Shown piece by piece: positions 25,601-36,961 of a stretch of 64,000 bases of DNA. The notes under the pieces are model-generated. The model saw only the letters and a list, made by a program, of their open reading frames with translations. It made no database searches and was not told the DNA's origin. Location of the stretch: positions 38,752,001-38,816,000 of the forward strand of contig NC_087251.1 of NCBI RefSeq assembly GCF_037042905.1, in the 5' to 3' direction. This DNA is from Lytechinus pictus. Taxonomy: Eukaryota. Positions within the stretch are counted from its first letter, which is position 1, and each line of letters starts with the position of its first letter. Both the position numbers and the translations under genes were made by a program.

Positions 25601-28600
25601 TTGAATTTGATTGGTTCTCTTTTTCTATGGATGAAAGATATTCTGTAGTGTCAAACAGCCAATTCTTGCTGCTTCGATATGTTCCAAGTATTGAAACTAT
25701 CAAATAATACCCCAATCCTGGCTGAGCTACATACCATACAAATGTATCCAAACAGGTTAATCTATTTCTTCTTTCTACATGGTAAGTACTATCTTCTACT
25801 TCTACTACAACTTTCAATAACAAAAAAAAATATGAATGCAGCTTTATTTATGTGCACAATTTCTGTAGGCACTGTAAAAAAGGTCTGTGTTGCCTTTTAT
25901 CCCAGGAATCCTCAGCAACCTTTGACAGTGGCTACCCACATTCTCAATTCTCGCTACCCCAAATAGCGATTTCGCCGAGATCCGGGAAAATCCCTGTAAC
26001 GCGCATTGCATTATGGGATAGCTTTTCGGTATTACAACTTCCTGTTCGGAATGCACTGTCTTGCCATTCAGATCAACAGTGCCGTCATGCACAACAACAC
26101 AACGTCGCTTTCATTCGGAAAGTTCGTGATCACAACCCTCTTTCACGATACACTTTAACGGCCTTTTCTGCTCAAGTCACTAATTCTGCCCGTGACGCTT
26201 TCCATTGCACGGTATTCCTCTGTCAGTTAAGATTTTTTAAGTTCCGAAACTGATTTTTTATCCATTTTGTGGTCGACGAAAAATTGAACGGAATGAATGA
26301 TTTTTATATTTAGCGTCTAGTCGAATACGATCGTGATGTCAGGTGTGGTGGAAAACTCAGTATCGCGAACCTCGCGCGAGCATGACTCTGAACCGGAAGT
26401 GGTGATGACGACCCGACGGAGTGAAAATTATCTCGTCTCGCGCATTATGAGATTTTTGTTCCTATTTGGGGTAGCGAGAATTGTTTTATCAAAGCTCAAA
26501 GTGGAGGAATTACTAGGGAAGTATACTGGGCAGGATTCCTGCAGAGATATGTGGCTTGGACTTTTATTAACTTGCCTTTATCTGAGCTGCAACATAGGAG
26601 CTACATTTAAAGGACAAGTCCACCCAACAAAAACTTGATTTGAATAAAAAGAGAAAAATCAAACAAGCATAACACTGAAAATTTCATCAAAACCTGATGT
26701 AAAATAAGAAAGTTATGAGTTTCGCTTAATTTCACAAAACAGTTATATGCACATCCTGGTCCGTATGCAGATAAGGAGACTGATAACATCATCCACTCTT
26801 TATGTCTTGTGTATTTTAATATATAAAATATTCTAATTTTCTCCTCATTGTCATGCGAAACAAAGATTAATTCCTCCCTGAACAGTGAAATTTGTATTGT
26901 TTTAATACTGTTGGGTCCAGTCAAGTTGGTCTTTATTGCAAAATCTGTAACAAATGAAATATTTTATAATACAAACAATAAAAAAACAAAAGAAATAGTG
27001 AGTGAGCACATCATCGACCGTCTCATTTACATGTCACTGAGTTTTGCATACAACAGTATTTGTGAAAAATAAGCGAAATTTAAAATGCCATAACTTTCTT
27101 ATTGAACATCCAATTTTGATGAAATTTGCAGTGTTATTCTTGTTTGATTTTTTCCTATTTATTCAAGTCAAGATATTTCTGGGGTGGACTTGACCTTTAA
27201 AAGATACATGTATAATGGATTATATTCTGCCAGAGGTGCTCATTTACTTCATGTTGAAGAGGTGGCAAATCACCTGGTTCACCTCTCACAATCTGCCTAC
27301 TGCCTAGAATTCTGTGTGGAAATTCATTTTAGAAATTTATACTAAAAGTTTAGTATGCAACTAAATTATTTAATGAACATAAAATAGATCAAGGTCAGGG
27401 CAAAAATAGGTGGGGGCTCGGGGCGATATCAACCCCAAAATGCTCAAAGAAACCCTGAAAATTGAAAAAAGAGCCCTTAAAAAATTCCCATTCACTTCCA
27501 TGTTAAAGCTTAATATCTTTTAGGGCGCAGGTTGTGGAAAGTAGTCCCCGAAAATATATATTTTCTTCTTGATTAGGTTGTATACCAAAATGGTTTGAAT
27601 GTTTGTGAAGCTTTTACATGTATCGAATTTGGCATGGATGTAATACAAAGGAAGTGACCTCATAAGGTTCACTGTTAAAAAAATAAAAGTATAGATGTTT
27701 AGTAAAAAGCAAAATGTGAAGATGCCATTCCATTTTCAGCCACATGATTTACACTTATGAAGAATTTCCAACAGAACAACAATAGATTCTGGCATGCTTA
27801 ACAGTTCAAATACACTCTGTGATTGCTCATTTGTCTATTAAACTAGTATGTCTCCAGGAACAATATTTTAGATTATTCAAAATAAAACTCATTGAGAATG
27901 TGGTTAAAGACAGTCCTTTTTTAATTTATGCAATTTGTGATTATGATGATGATGATGGTAATTATAGTGATAATGATGATTATGATAACAATGATGAAAA
28001 TGTACACATTTACAATACTCTTCTTCCCCCTTTTTTCTACTTTTTCTTCTTCCTCTCTAATATCATTGTATTGTTTTTATCACTGTTATTACTACTCTTA
28101 TTGTAATTATCCTTTAAGAAATTAGAGGGTTAATTTAACAATATTTTCCACTCATTTATTTCCCAGATGCAAGCACTGGCAATATCCCGAGACACTACCC
28201 ACCACCAGCGTAATAATAGTATTTCACAACGAAGGCTGGTCCACGCTACTCCGTACAGTTCACAGCGTGTTCAATCGTTCACCGCCACAGCTGTTACACG
28301 AGATCATTTTAGTGGATGATTTTAGCACAAAAGGTTGGTATATGGCCGCTATGTAAATATGCCCTGGTTTTTTTAATTGATTGGTAATTGATTTTTTTAT
28401 TTAACAGATGACAGGCTGGTCATTTCACAGGAAGTATATTTCACATCCAGAGGGAGGGGGGGGGGGGGGGTTAATGGGAAGTATGGGAAATGAGGAGGAA
28501 GTACAGACCAGGCATTTTAATATTTTAATGACAGGCCCCTTTTCATAGGGCTTGTTTTTATATTACAACATAAAAGAAAGGCACCCAAAATTTCCAAGGC

Positions 28601-31600
28601 CAATGATATGAGCATCTAGGCCATATTCTTTGATTATTAAAGTACGTTCCACAGTTAAAGTGAAATCCATGTCATTTTCACCAAATTTTGCACATAGATA
28701 CTTTAGAACCTGAATATTCGAAATATGCAAATATTAACATGAGTCCATGTGCTTGATTTTTGTCTCACCTGCATAGCAGAGTGAGACTATAGGCGCCGCT
28801 TTTCCGACGGCGGCGGCGTCAACACCAAATCTTAATCTGAGGTTAAGTTTTTTAAATGACAGCATAACTTAGAAAGTATATGGACCTAGTTCATGAAACT
28901 TGGCCATAAGGTTAATCAAGTATTACTGAACATCCTGCCTGAGTTTCATGTCACATGACCAAGGTCAAAGGTCATTTAGGGTCAATGAACTTAGACCATG
29001 TTGGGGGAATCAACATCAAAATCTTAACCTAAGGTTAAGTTTTTGAAATGTCATCATAACTTAGAAAATATATGGACCTAGTTCATGAAACTTATACATA
29101 AGGTTAATTAAGTATCACTGAACATCCTGCATGAGTTTCACGTCACATGACCAAGGTCAAAGGTCATTTAGGGTCAATGAACTTTGGCCGAATTGGGGGT
29201 ATCTGTTGAATTACCATCATAACTTTAAAAGTTTATGGATCTGATTCATGAAACTGGGACATAATAGTAATCAAGTATTACTGAACATCCTGTGCAAGTT
29301 TCAGGTCACATGATCAAGGTCAAAGGTCATTTAGGGTCAATGAACTTTGGCCAAATTGGGGTATTTGTTGAATTACTGCCATAACTTTGAAAGTGTGTTG
29401 GTCTAGTTCATAAAACTTAGACATAAGAGTAATCAAGTACCACTGAACATCCTGTGCGCATTTTAGGTCACATTCTAAGGTCAAAGGTCATTTAAGGTCA
29501 ATGAACTTTGGCCAAGTTGCGGTATTTGTTGAATTACCATCATAAGTATGAAAGTTCATGGATCTGATTCATAAAACTTGGACACGAGAGTAATCAAGTA
29601 TCACTTAACATCTCATGTGACTTTCAGGTCACATGACCAAAGTCAAAGGTCATTTAAGGTCAATGAACTTTGGCCATTTTGGAGGTAATTATTAGATTGC
29701 TGTTATAACTTTCAAAGTTTATAGATATAGTTTATAAAATGTGGATATATGGGTAATCAAGTATCACTGACTTGGACCATAGGTTAATTAAGTATCACTG
29801 AACATCCTGCCCGAGTTTTAGGTCACATGACCAAGGTCAAAGGTCATTTAGGGTCAATGAACTTAGATAATGTTGGGGGAGTCAATATCGAATTCTTAAC
29901 CTATGGTTAAGTTTTTGAAATTTCATCATAATTAGAAAGTATATGGACCCAGTTCATGAAACTTGGCCATGAGGGTAATCAAATATTACTGAACATCCTG
30001 CCTGAGTTTCAAATCACATGACCAAGGTCAAAATTCATTTAGGGTCAATGAACTTTGGCCAAGTTTGGGGTATTTTTTTTAATTACAATCATATTAACTA
30101 TGAAATTTTATGGATCTGATTTATAAAACTTGGACATAAGAGTAATCAAGTATCACTTAACATTCGTGAGAGTTTCAGGTCACATGACCAAGGTCATAGG
30201 TCATTTAAGGTCAATGAACTTTGGCCATGTTGGAGGTAATTATTAAATTGCTGTCATAACTTTCAAAGTTTATGGATATAGTTTATGAATTGTTGTATGG
30301 TATCATTATATGAATGTTTTTTTTCTTGTGAATAATTATTTCAATTTCTTTCTTTCTTTGTCATTATTTTAAAACCAATTACAAGAATACATTATAGTAC
30401 TATTTTTCATTTGTTATATCAGGTATACATTTCATATTTTACTATATTTATTTATGCTTATCTATGATAACTTGTATTGTATAATATTATTGTTTGTATT
30501 GAGTTGTTGATTTTGTTGAAAATGTGAAATGTTGATATGAATAAATCTTGAACCTTGAACCTATTTTATAGTAGTTTTCAAAGTCAGCACTTCTGCTATA
30601 TTGAATTGCGTAATGCAGGTGAGACTGCCAGAGGTGCTCCACTTGTTTTTAATATGCAACACTGACCATATTTTCATTGTGACACTGTAGAACATCTGAA
30701 AGAGCGTCTTGAAGACTACATCCAGGAAAGCAGGTTTGGTGATAAAATGAAGCTGGTGAGGAACTCGGCTAGAGAGGGCCTGATCAGGACCAGGATCATA
30801 GGAGCCCGCCATGCCACGGGAGATGTGCTGCTGTGGTTGGACGCTCATTGTGAAGTGGGGATCAACTGGCTACCTCCTCTCCTCACTCCCATCGCCGTTA
30901 ACAGGTATGTCAATGTTGAAGTTTGGATTGGGCTTTAATGTGCAAAGGAGATGACTTTTCCTAGTTGAGCCAGGAATACTGTGGCTAGATGCTCATTTTG
31001 AAGTGGGGATCAACTGGCTACCTCCTCTCCCAACCCCCATCACTGTTATCAGATATGTTATTGTATTGTAATGATCTTGCTGGAAAGAAGCTAAAATTTA
31101 TTATTCCCAATATAGGTGGGCTAGTGTTTACAGCGGCGAGTAAACTGCATGTTTCGAGGTCACTCTTGATAAGAGGGGAGGCAATGAAGAGTATTTCATC
31201 AGCAAGAAAATTGCAAAAAACACTATGGGCTCTCCCCATGCCAAATTCTTTCCATGGTTTTCCTGAGCTGATGTGCTTCGAACCAACCTTATTCTTTTTT
31301 GGTGTCACTTGTGTTTGGGATGCAAAACATGAACTGAATCACACTCCCCTCTGGGTCTTTCTTTAAGATATCCAGGGGTCTGTTGCATAAAGAGTTAGAT
31401 TAAAAGCATCTCCAAAAATCAATCGCAACTTAAATTGTAACTGAAGAAATTATTAGGGGCTTGCGCATGATTTTTCGTGTTGCGTTTGAATGCAAATCTT
31501 TCTGCAACGGGCCCCACGACATGATTGATTTGGGGTTTTAAGAGACTACAAGAAGAGAGATTTCGTCCTAACAGGTTGCCCCTATTCTTGAATATGAGTT

Positions 31601-34600
31601 GTTCTCTTATTCTTTGAGTACCAGGTCCACTCCAAATCAACTTGATTTGAATGAACAGAGAAAAATCAATCTGCCATAGACTTAGAATCAATATCAATCA
31701 TAAAGTTGTGTGTATCTTCATGTAACAAAGGAACTAATTCATTTGAGATAGCAGTGTTCTGAGACCTGCACTATATTCCTTTTAACTCCCACCAAAATGA
31801 CTGGATCGCTCATCCTTATCTGCTTGGTTACAATTGTGCCGTAATCAGTGTTGGGTTCGATGTATGAAGTTGGAATAACTCTGTGTGCTTATAAAATATG
31901 GGGGTGGGTACCATTCTGTAAAATGGGATTATCAGTTAGTTTTGTGACCTTTGTGAATTGATGATTGAATGAATGAATAATTGTTTTGATTGATTGATTG
32001 ATTGATTCAGATTCATCCATTCATCCATCCACCCAGCCATCAATCCATCCATCCATCCATGCATCCATCCATCCACCCACCCCCCATTCATTCATCCAAT
32101 CATCCAATCATCCATCCTTCCATCTGTCGGTCTATCCATCCATGAATAAATGAATAAATACACTAATCATTTCATTCCTTTATCAGGACAACGGCAGTGT
32201 GTCCGATCATTGATGTGATAGATAACATGGATTATAGGGTGTATCCACAGGGTACAGGTGATCAGGATAGGGGTGGCTTTGACTGGAGTCTCTACTGGAA
32301 ACATCTTCCTGTACCAGAGTTTGAGAAACGCAGGAGACAGCATCCTTCAGAACCCTACAGGTAATCCATCTAGAATTACTTGATGAAGATATACTTACTT
32401 TAGTTACTTGGATTTACTTGGATGTAGAGATGTAAAGCTTGTAGCTTATTTGCCCCTCATCACGTTGGATAGTCTCTGGTAGGGTAGATCTGTTGAAGAT
32501 GTTCATTATAATTTCTTTTTCATTACTTTTGAGTCCAGAGGAGTGATAAGTTGAAAAAAATATCTCAAGTCATTTTGACACAATTTTTTTTAATGGAATG
32601 TGTTCATGATCATAAAACAGTATTTTAAAATCCACTTGTGCTATAATGCACTCAAGTGTAATGAAGTTCAAGCTGAAGTTTCTGTTAGGATTTTCCTCTT
32701 GTAGTTTGAGCTTGTTCCCAATGCTTGCCTGACTTGACAGATATTTAAAATTTATTGTCTTTACATTGAAAATCTACTAATGGGGCATTGCAAGATATGT
32801 TCAATTGTAAATCAATTCTAAATCTCTAAGTATAATGGGGCATTACAAGAAAGTTGATTTGCAATTGAATGCAGATCAGTCACAAATATGTGTTTAATCA
32901 AAGGAATTAAACATAATTTTCTAGCAACATACCATGAGACATAATTGTGTAATGGTCCAAGTGCTTTAAATAAGTGAAACTTGATTGCAATTGGGTGGAT
33001 GCATAATACTGTGCGCCATCTATCTGTTGGCAGCGGACAGGCCAGTTTTAAACTTTTGGGTCGACATCATGGTGCAGCCAGTGCATAGTGCTGGTGTGAA
33101 GATGCTTAAAAAATGAAAACCATATATGATAAATGGAGGAAGAATTCACCGAAAACGGTCTAAATTTCCTGAAGAAATCTGCAGCAAATTTCTCTCCCAC
33201 CTCCTAGATCCTGGTAAACAGCATAAATTTATGCAAACTGGCTAACCCGCATCGGTCATACAGCATAATGCACTAGCGCACTCAGCAGATGCCGACTTTT
33301 TCCCATAATGCATTGCAAATTTCGGCCTGTCCGCTGCAACTGATTGGTGGTGCACTGTATTGTGAATCCACCGAATTGGAGTATCCTTGAGAGGTAAAAA
33401 GTTGATATTGATCTTAGTTTGAAAGTGGTGAAAGTAATGACATTATATACGCCTTGGCCTTGGAGTTTTCTTTCAAACATTTGTGAAATAGCTTCTGTCG
33501 TAGTACATGAACAATTCAGATTTTCATCTTTCTATCTGTCTGGTTAGGTCACCAGCAATGGCAGGAGGACTATTTGCCATGGACAGAAAATATTTCTTTG
33601 AACTCGGTGCTTACGATGAAGGACTTGAAATCTGGGGTGGAGAAAACTTTGAACTATCTTTTAAAGTGAGTGAAGATTCCTTAAATTGATGGTCCGGGCT
33701 GAAAAAAATTATATCTAAATGAATAGAGTAAAATTTATATAGCAAAATGCTGAAAATTTCATCAAAATCGGATAACAAATAACAAAGTTATTGAATTGTA
33801 AAGTGGTCCTTTAATGGACAATGAATTAATTCAATTCAATGTTATGTAAAGTTATTGTCATTGTTAAAACTAAAACTACATGTACTGCAGGTGAATGAAA
33901 TTTTGATAATATGCGTGTTTATCAAGTAATACCCTGTAAATTGATACTTTGAATTGAATAAAGCTTCATTGGCAAGATACCGTCTGTGTATTGTGTGATC
34001 CCATTTAAAGTCTGCAAGTGTCATGGGTCACGTACACAAAAAGTTTGTGCATACGACATCAAATCTTCATTTGACATAACAAGAGTTTAGGAATGATATA
34101 TATATTGGGGAATGATTTCAACTTGTGTGTTAGAGAGCCCTGGGGGCTGTTTTATAATGCCTTATGATTATATGGTAATGGGAGCTTTGTTCGTTGTGGT
34201 AACTGCCATGGAAACCTTGATCGTGATAAGCTACTGAATTCGTGTTGTGAGTTAGCAACACTTGGAGCCATTTTATTAAGCTGTTCATAAGTTATGCATG
34301 ACTTTATGCATGACCCTTATGATGATCCTTTCTTGTGCTAATTAATATAGCCATGTGTAGTTGACTTGGCACTTTTTCCAAACTTAATGAACAGCTTTAT
34401 AAAACGACCCCTTGTTTGCATCTCTTTCTTTGCTTAGATTTGGATGTGCGGAGGGTCGTTATTGTGGGTACCTTGTTCCAGAGTTGGTCATGTCTATAGG
34501 ATATTAGGGAAAGTCCCCTATTCAGCTCCAAATGGAAGCATGCTTATACTCAGTGAAAGGGTGAGTATTTTCAAAACTTATGTACATCAGTTTTTGAAAA

Positions 34601-36961
34601 AAAAACACTCAAGAAAATATATTCTTCTTGAGACTGTCATACTCATGATCCTGAGTCAATAGAGTTTAATAAAATCTTATCTTGTTTTATCTTGTTTTAA
34701 CTTGAATTTGATTTCCAGGTAAATAGAAATCAGTATTTTATCTTCCAGTTCAGGGTAAGAATTGCCATTTGACAGACCCTGCATGTATTATATACAGACA
34801 TTGTGTTTATCCCCTTTTCCCTACATGTTTATTATTTATTTCTGTACTTCTAATGCCATCATTAAATACCGCCCTGTATTTATTTTTAATACCTGTTTGC
34901 TCTTTGACGCAGGAAAACCAGTAAGAACTTCTTCTATCATTTTAGTTTTGATATCTTTTATAGTTTGCAAGATATGAGTTGAAGTACATTACTTCATGTA
35001 TTTTTATTTTATTTCTAATTTTTTTTATGAGAGCACCTGATAAATCATAGATATTGATTACCTCTGATGGATTTCCCTTTATTTTGGTGTAGAATTTACG
35101 GCGTGTGGTAGAGGTGTGGTTTGACGACTACAAAGAGTATTTCTACAGGAGCAAGCCAGAGTCCCTACTTGTGTCAACAGGAAATATAGAGAAACAGCTT
35201 GCATTCAGGGAAAAGTTTAAATGCAAGTCCTTTGGTTGGTTTATGAAAGAGATTGCACCAGATGTCATAGAGAAATACCCTCTGCCTCATGCTAACAAAT
35301 TCTGGGGAGAGGTGAGTGTCAACCATCCATTTCTGCACTTACATCATTAGGGTAATAGGATGGCAAGGGGAGGGGTTTGTGAATGATTATTTCTTAAATA
35401 CCACATTTTCATGAAGTAGTGTTAATTTTTTATTCAGTATCTTTCAGATGTCAGCAAATTTTTATTTGCATTCAATGCCACTAATTACTTTTCATATAAT
35501 TTCCTACATAATTTTGAGTCATCTGTGAGTTTTTTTCTGAAGTAAAGATTATCAAGTATGTACAATTGTTCTTTAACAGACGCATTAAATGCAATTAGGT
35601 TAAATAAATGTAACTGGTTCTTTGCCAGCACACTAAGCCGAACCAGTTTTCTTAATCAACACCGTAGTAGTTTACTTACGGCTACACACATATTTTTGTA
35701 AAGCTTTTCCCCCAAAATTGTGTGCATTATAGATTCATTGAATCATATTTATTCTGGGTTCTTACTTGTGTATATTAATTAATTATTGTTTTTTCATATT
35801 AATTTCAGTTTATTGTTTATTCTATGGCATTTTTGTATTGCAATATTGAAATCTATATATTGCATATATTTACATTTTACAATATATGTCCTGCCTTGAC
35901 TTTTTTTTGGTATGAAATGTAGAAATAAATTAATCAAACAATTACTTCTAAACTGAAACATAGGCATCAATATCTCCTAGATTTCACCATCTTCTATTCT
36001 ATAAGCATTTCGTAGAAACTCATAAAGTCACATCATTATCTCTTTCTTTTCAACCAACAGATTCGAAATAAAAAGGGGGCACACTGCGTCGACTCGATGG
36101 GGTCAAAGGACGGTGGGCGTGTGGGGATTTCATACTGCCATGGGGCAGGAGGTAACCAGCTGTTCCGGGTGACCGATAACGGTCAGCTGCGTATCCATGA
36201 CCAGTGTGCCTATGACCATTATAAGGAGGTCAGGTTAAGAAGATGCGGTGGCTCAGGCGGAGGATGGTCCTTTGATGAGGTTAGTTTCAGGGGAATCCCC
36301 TTACCTCTGAATTATAATGCTCCTGGGTAGATTTTGGGGTCATTAGATCAAAGGTCACAATGGTTTACATATGCATGTTTACACATGTGCATTATGATTT
36401 TCTTGATACAAATACCCTTTCACAAAACAAAAATAAAACAATATTGTGAATTTTGGTTTCTGAATTATGTTCATCTGATCTTTACTTTAAAAAAATAGGA
36501 GTGCTTGGAAGTATACTGTGTATATTTTATATCTTGGCAAATATTGTGGTATGAATGTTGTAGAGAGTAGAGGACACTCTTGGTATTATAAGACTACATA
36601 TGAAAATGAAGCACAAAATGTGGCACCATGGGTAAGGATCCAGAGAACTATAAGACAAGTTTGTCTTGAGCTGGTTTTGATCAAAGACGCTTTCAGAATC
36701 ATTATCACTGGAGGATAAACATTCTGGACAATACTTTCTGAGGTAGTCTTGAAACTGCAATTACACTTTAAGAATCATGTCAATATTGTTTCTTGCTTCC
36801 TGTTCGTTCCCCTACAGTCAACGGGTCTTTTACATCATGCAGGCACAAGCCAGTGTGTGGAACACAAGCCAGGGGCTAATGAGATCATACTTGCCAAATG
36901 TCTATCCTCAAAACCAAGTCAATTATGGGAAATCAGCAGTAAACATCTCAGGCATCATTAA
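13533..36961 (+). CDS. GALNT7: Polypeptide N-acetylgalactosaminyltransferase 7-like (GT27 catalytic domain plus ricin-B lectin domain), spliced, 5'-partial. Exons 13533-13644, 14896-15076, 28167-28333, 30691-30904, 32187-32360, 33548-33665, 34438-34560, 35093-35311, 36061-36279, 36818-36961
   Basis: All introns are GT-AG with consistent phases; 1671 nt = 556 aa + TAA. Motifs [61 protein letters not shown] (DxH), [58 protein letters not shown] and CVDSMG...GGNQLFR resemble GALNT7 from recall. Confidence 0.93.
13731..14324. mobile_element. Kolobok-like MITE, family 1
   Basis: GGACAAGTCCAC...GGACTTGACCT|TTAA termini; same internal sequence as the copies at 22598, 26611 and 42657. Confidence 0.8.
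14896..15076 (+). CDS. GALNT7: GALNT7-like exon (GPGEGG...[19 protein letters not shown])
   Basis: tgtAG acceptor, CA|GTAAGT donor, conserved GalNAc-T motifs. Confidence 0.92.
15940..16870 (-). pseudogene. Decayed tyrosine-recombinase-like gene (Crypton-like DNA transposon remnant)
   Basis: Ordered fragments in shifted frames: [83 protein letters not shown]. The order fits the YR R...K...HxxR...H...Y layout; stops and frameshifts are present. Confidence 0.65.
17109..17160 (-). ncRNA. Minimal type I hammerhead ribozyme in the Penelope-like element 3' region
   Basis: Minus strand GUUGC-CUGAUGA-UCGCA...UGUGU-GAAA-CUCUGAG-UA-GCAAU: complete core, stem I GUUGC/GCAAU, short stem III. Confidence 0.75.
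17774..18737 (+). mobile_element. Helentron/HINE-like non-autonomous element, copy 1
   Basis: 5' GTCTCACCTGCA subterminal IR plus hairpin, (GGC)n microsatellite, ~160-190 bp internal tandem repeats, 3' TGCAGGTGAGAC...CCACTTG; inserted in a T-run without TSD. Confidence 0.8.
19253..19401 (-). mobile_element. tRNA-derived SINE (head and part of body)
   Basis: Minus strand A box TGGATCAGTTGG and B box GGTTCAAACC, followed by non-tRNA body sequence. Confidence 0.7.
19585..20627 (+). mobile_element. Helentron/HINE-like element, copy 2
   Basis: GTCTCGCCTGCA...TGCAGGCGAGAC...CCACTTG with the same internal repeats. Confidence 0.8.
20863..20940. repeat. C-rich (CCCCCT/CCT)n tract, G-rich on the minus strand
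   Basis: Direct inspection. Confidence 0.85.
22598..23531. mobile_element. Kolobok-like MITE, family 1, with a nested MITE at about 22933-23278
   Basis: TTAA|AGGTCAAGTCCACCCC...GGGGTGGACTTGTCCT|TTAA; the inner element has TGCACCATCCCGAGTTT / AAACTCGGGATGGTGCA inverted ends. Confidence 0.8.
25945..26483. mobile_element. MITE with a 22-bp perfect TIR
   Basis: CAATTCTCGCTACCCCAAATAG / CTATTTGGGGTAGCGAGAATTG; CpG-richer interior. Confidence 0.75.
26611..27196. mobile_element. Kolobok-like MITE, family 1
   Basis: TTAA|AGGACAAGTCCACCC...GGGTGGACTTGACCT|TTAA. Confidence 0.82.
28167..28333 (+). CDS. GALNT7: GALNT7-like exon ([34 protein letters not shown]...LVDDFSTK)
   Basis: tcccAG acceptor, G|GTTGGT donor, GT-A fold motifs; missed by the ORF track. 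Confidence 0.93.
28761..30645 (+). mobile_element. Helentron/HINE-like element, copy 3 (longest), ending 45 nt before a GALNT7 exon
   Basis: GTCTCACCTGCA...TGCAGGTGAGAC...CCACTTG; about 8 internal repeats; extra AT-rich insert at about 30345-30560. Confidence 0.8.
30691..30904 (+). CDS. GALNT7: GALNT7-like exon with the DxH metal-binding motif (WLDAHCEV)
   Basis: ctgtAG acceptor, AG|GTATGT donor; [11 protein letters not shown]...[12 protein letters not shown]. Confidence 0.93.
30979..31060 (+). pseudogene. Degenerate intronic duplicate of the 3' part of the GALNT7 DxH exon
   Basis: CTGTGGCTAGATGCTCATTTTGAAGTGGGGATCAACTGGCTACCTCCTCTCC matches 30831-30882; the donor GT has become AT. Confidence 0.85.
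31985..32145. repeat. (GATT)n followed by (CCAT)n microsatellite
   Basis: Direct inspection. Confidence 0.9.
32187..32360 (+). CDS. GALNT7: GALNT7-like exon ([10 protein letters not shown]...[11 protein letters not shown]...EPYR)
   Basis: tatcAG acceptor, AG|GTAATC donor, phase 2/2. Confidence 0.93.
33548..33665 (+). CDS. GALNT7: GALNT7-like exon, Gal/GalNAc-T motif ([10 protein letters not shown]...[11 protein letters not shown])
   Basis: ttAG acceptor, AAA|GTGAGT donor. Confidence 0.94.
34438..34560 (+). CDS. GALNT7: GALNT7-like exon ([21 protein letters not shown]...)
   Basis: cttAG acceptor, AGG|GTGAGT donor. Confidence 0.93.
35093..35311 (+). CDS. GALNT7: GALNT7-like exon ([14 protein letters not shown]...CKSFGWFM...WGE)
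   Basis: gtAG acceptor, GAG|GTGAGT donor. Confidence 0.93.
36061..36279 (+). CDS. GALNT7: GALNT7-like exon, ricin-B lectin domain (CVDSMG...[10 protein letters not shown]...DQC)
   Basis: aacAG acceptor, GAG|GTTAGT donor, lectin Cys pattern. Confidence 0.92.
36818..36961 (+). CDS. GALNT7: GALNT7-like terminal coding exon (lectin gamma repeat, QLW, stop TAA)
   Basis: ctacAG acceptor; SQCVE...AKC...SQLWE fits the QxW repeat. Confidence 0.88.
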   Translation, partial: STGLLHHAGTSQCVEHKPGANEIILAKCLSSKPSQLWEISSKHLRHH

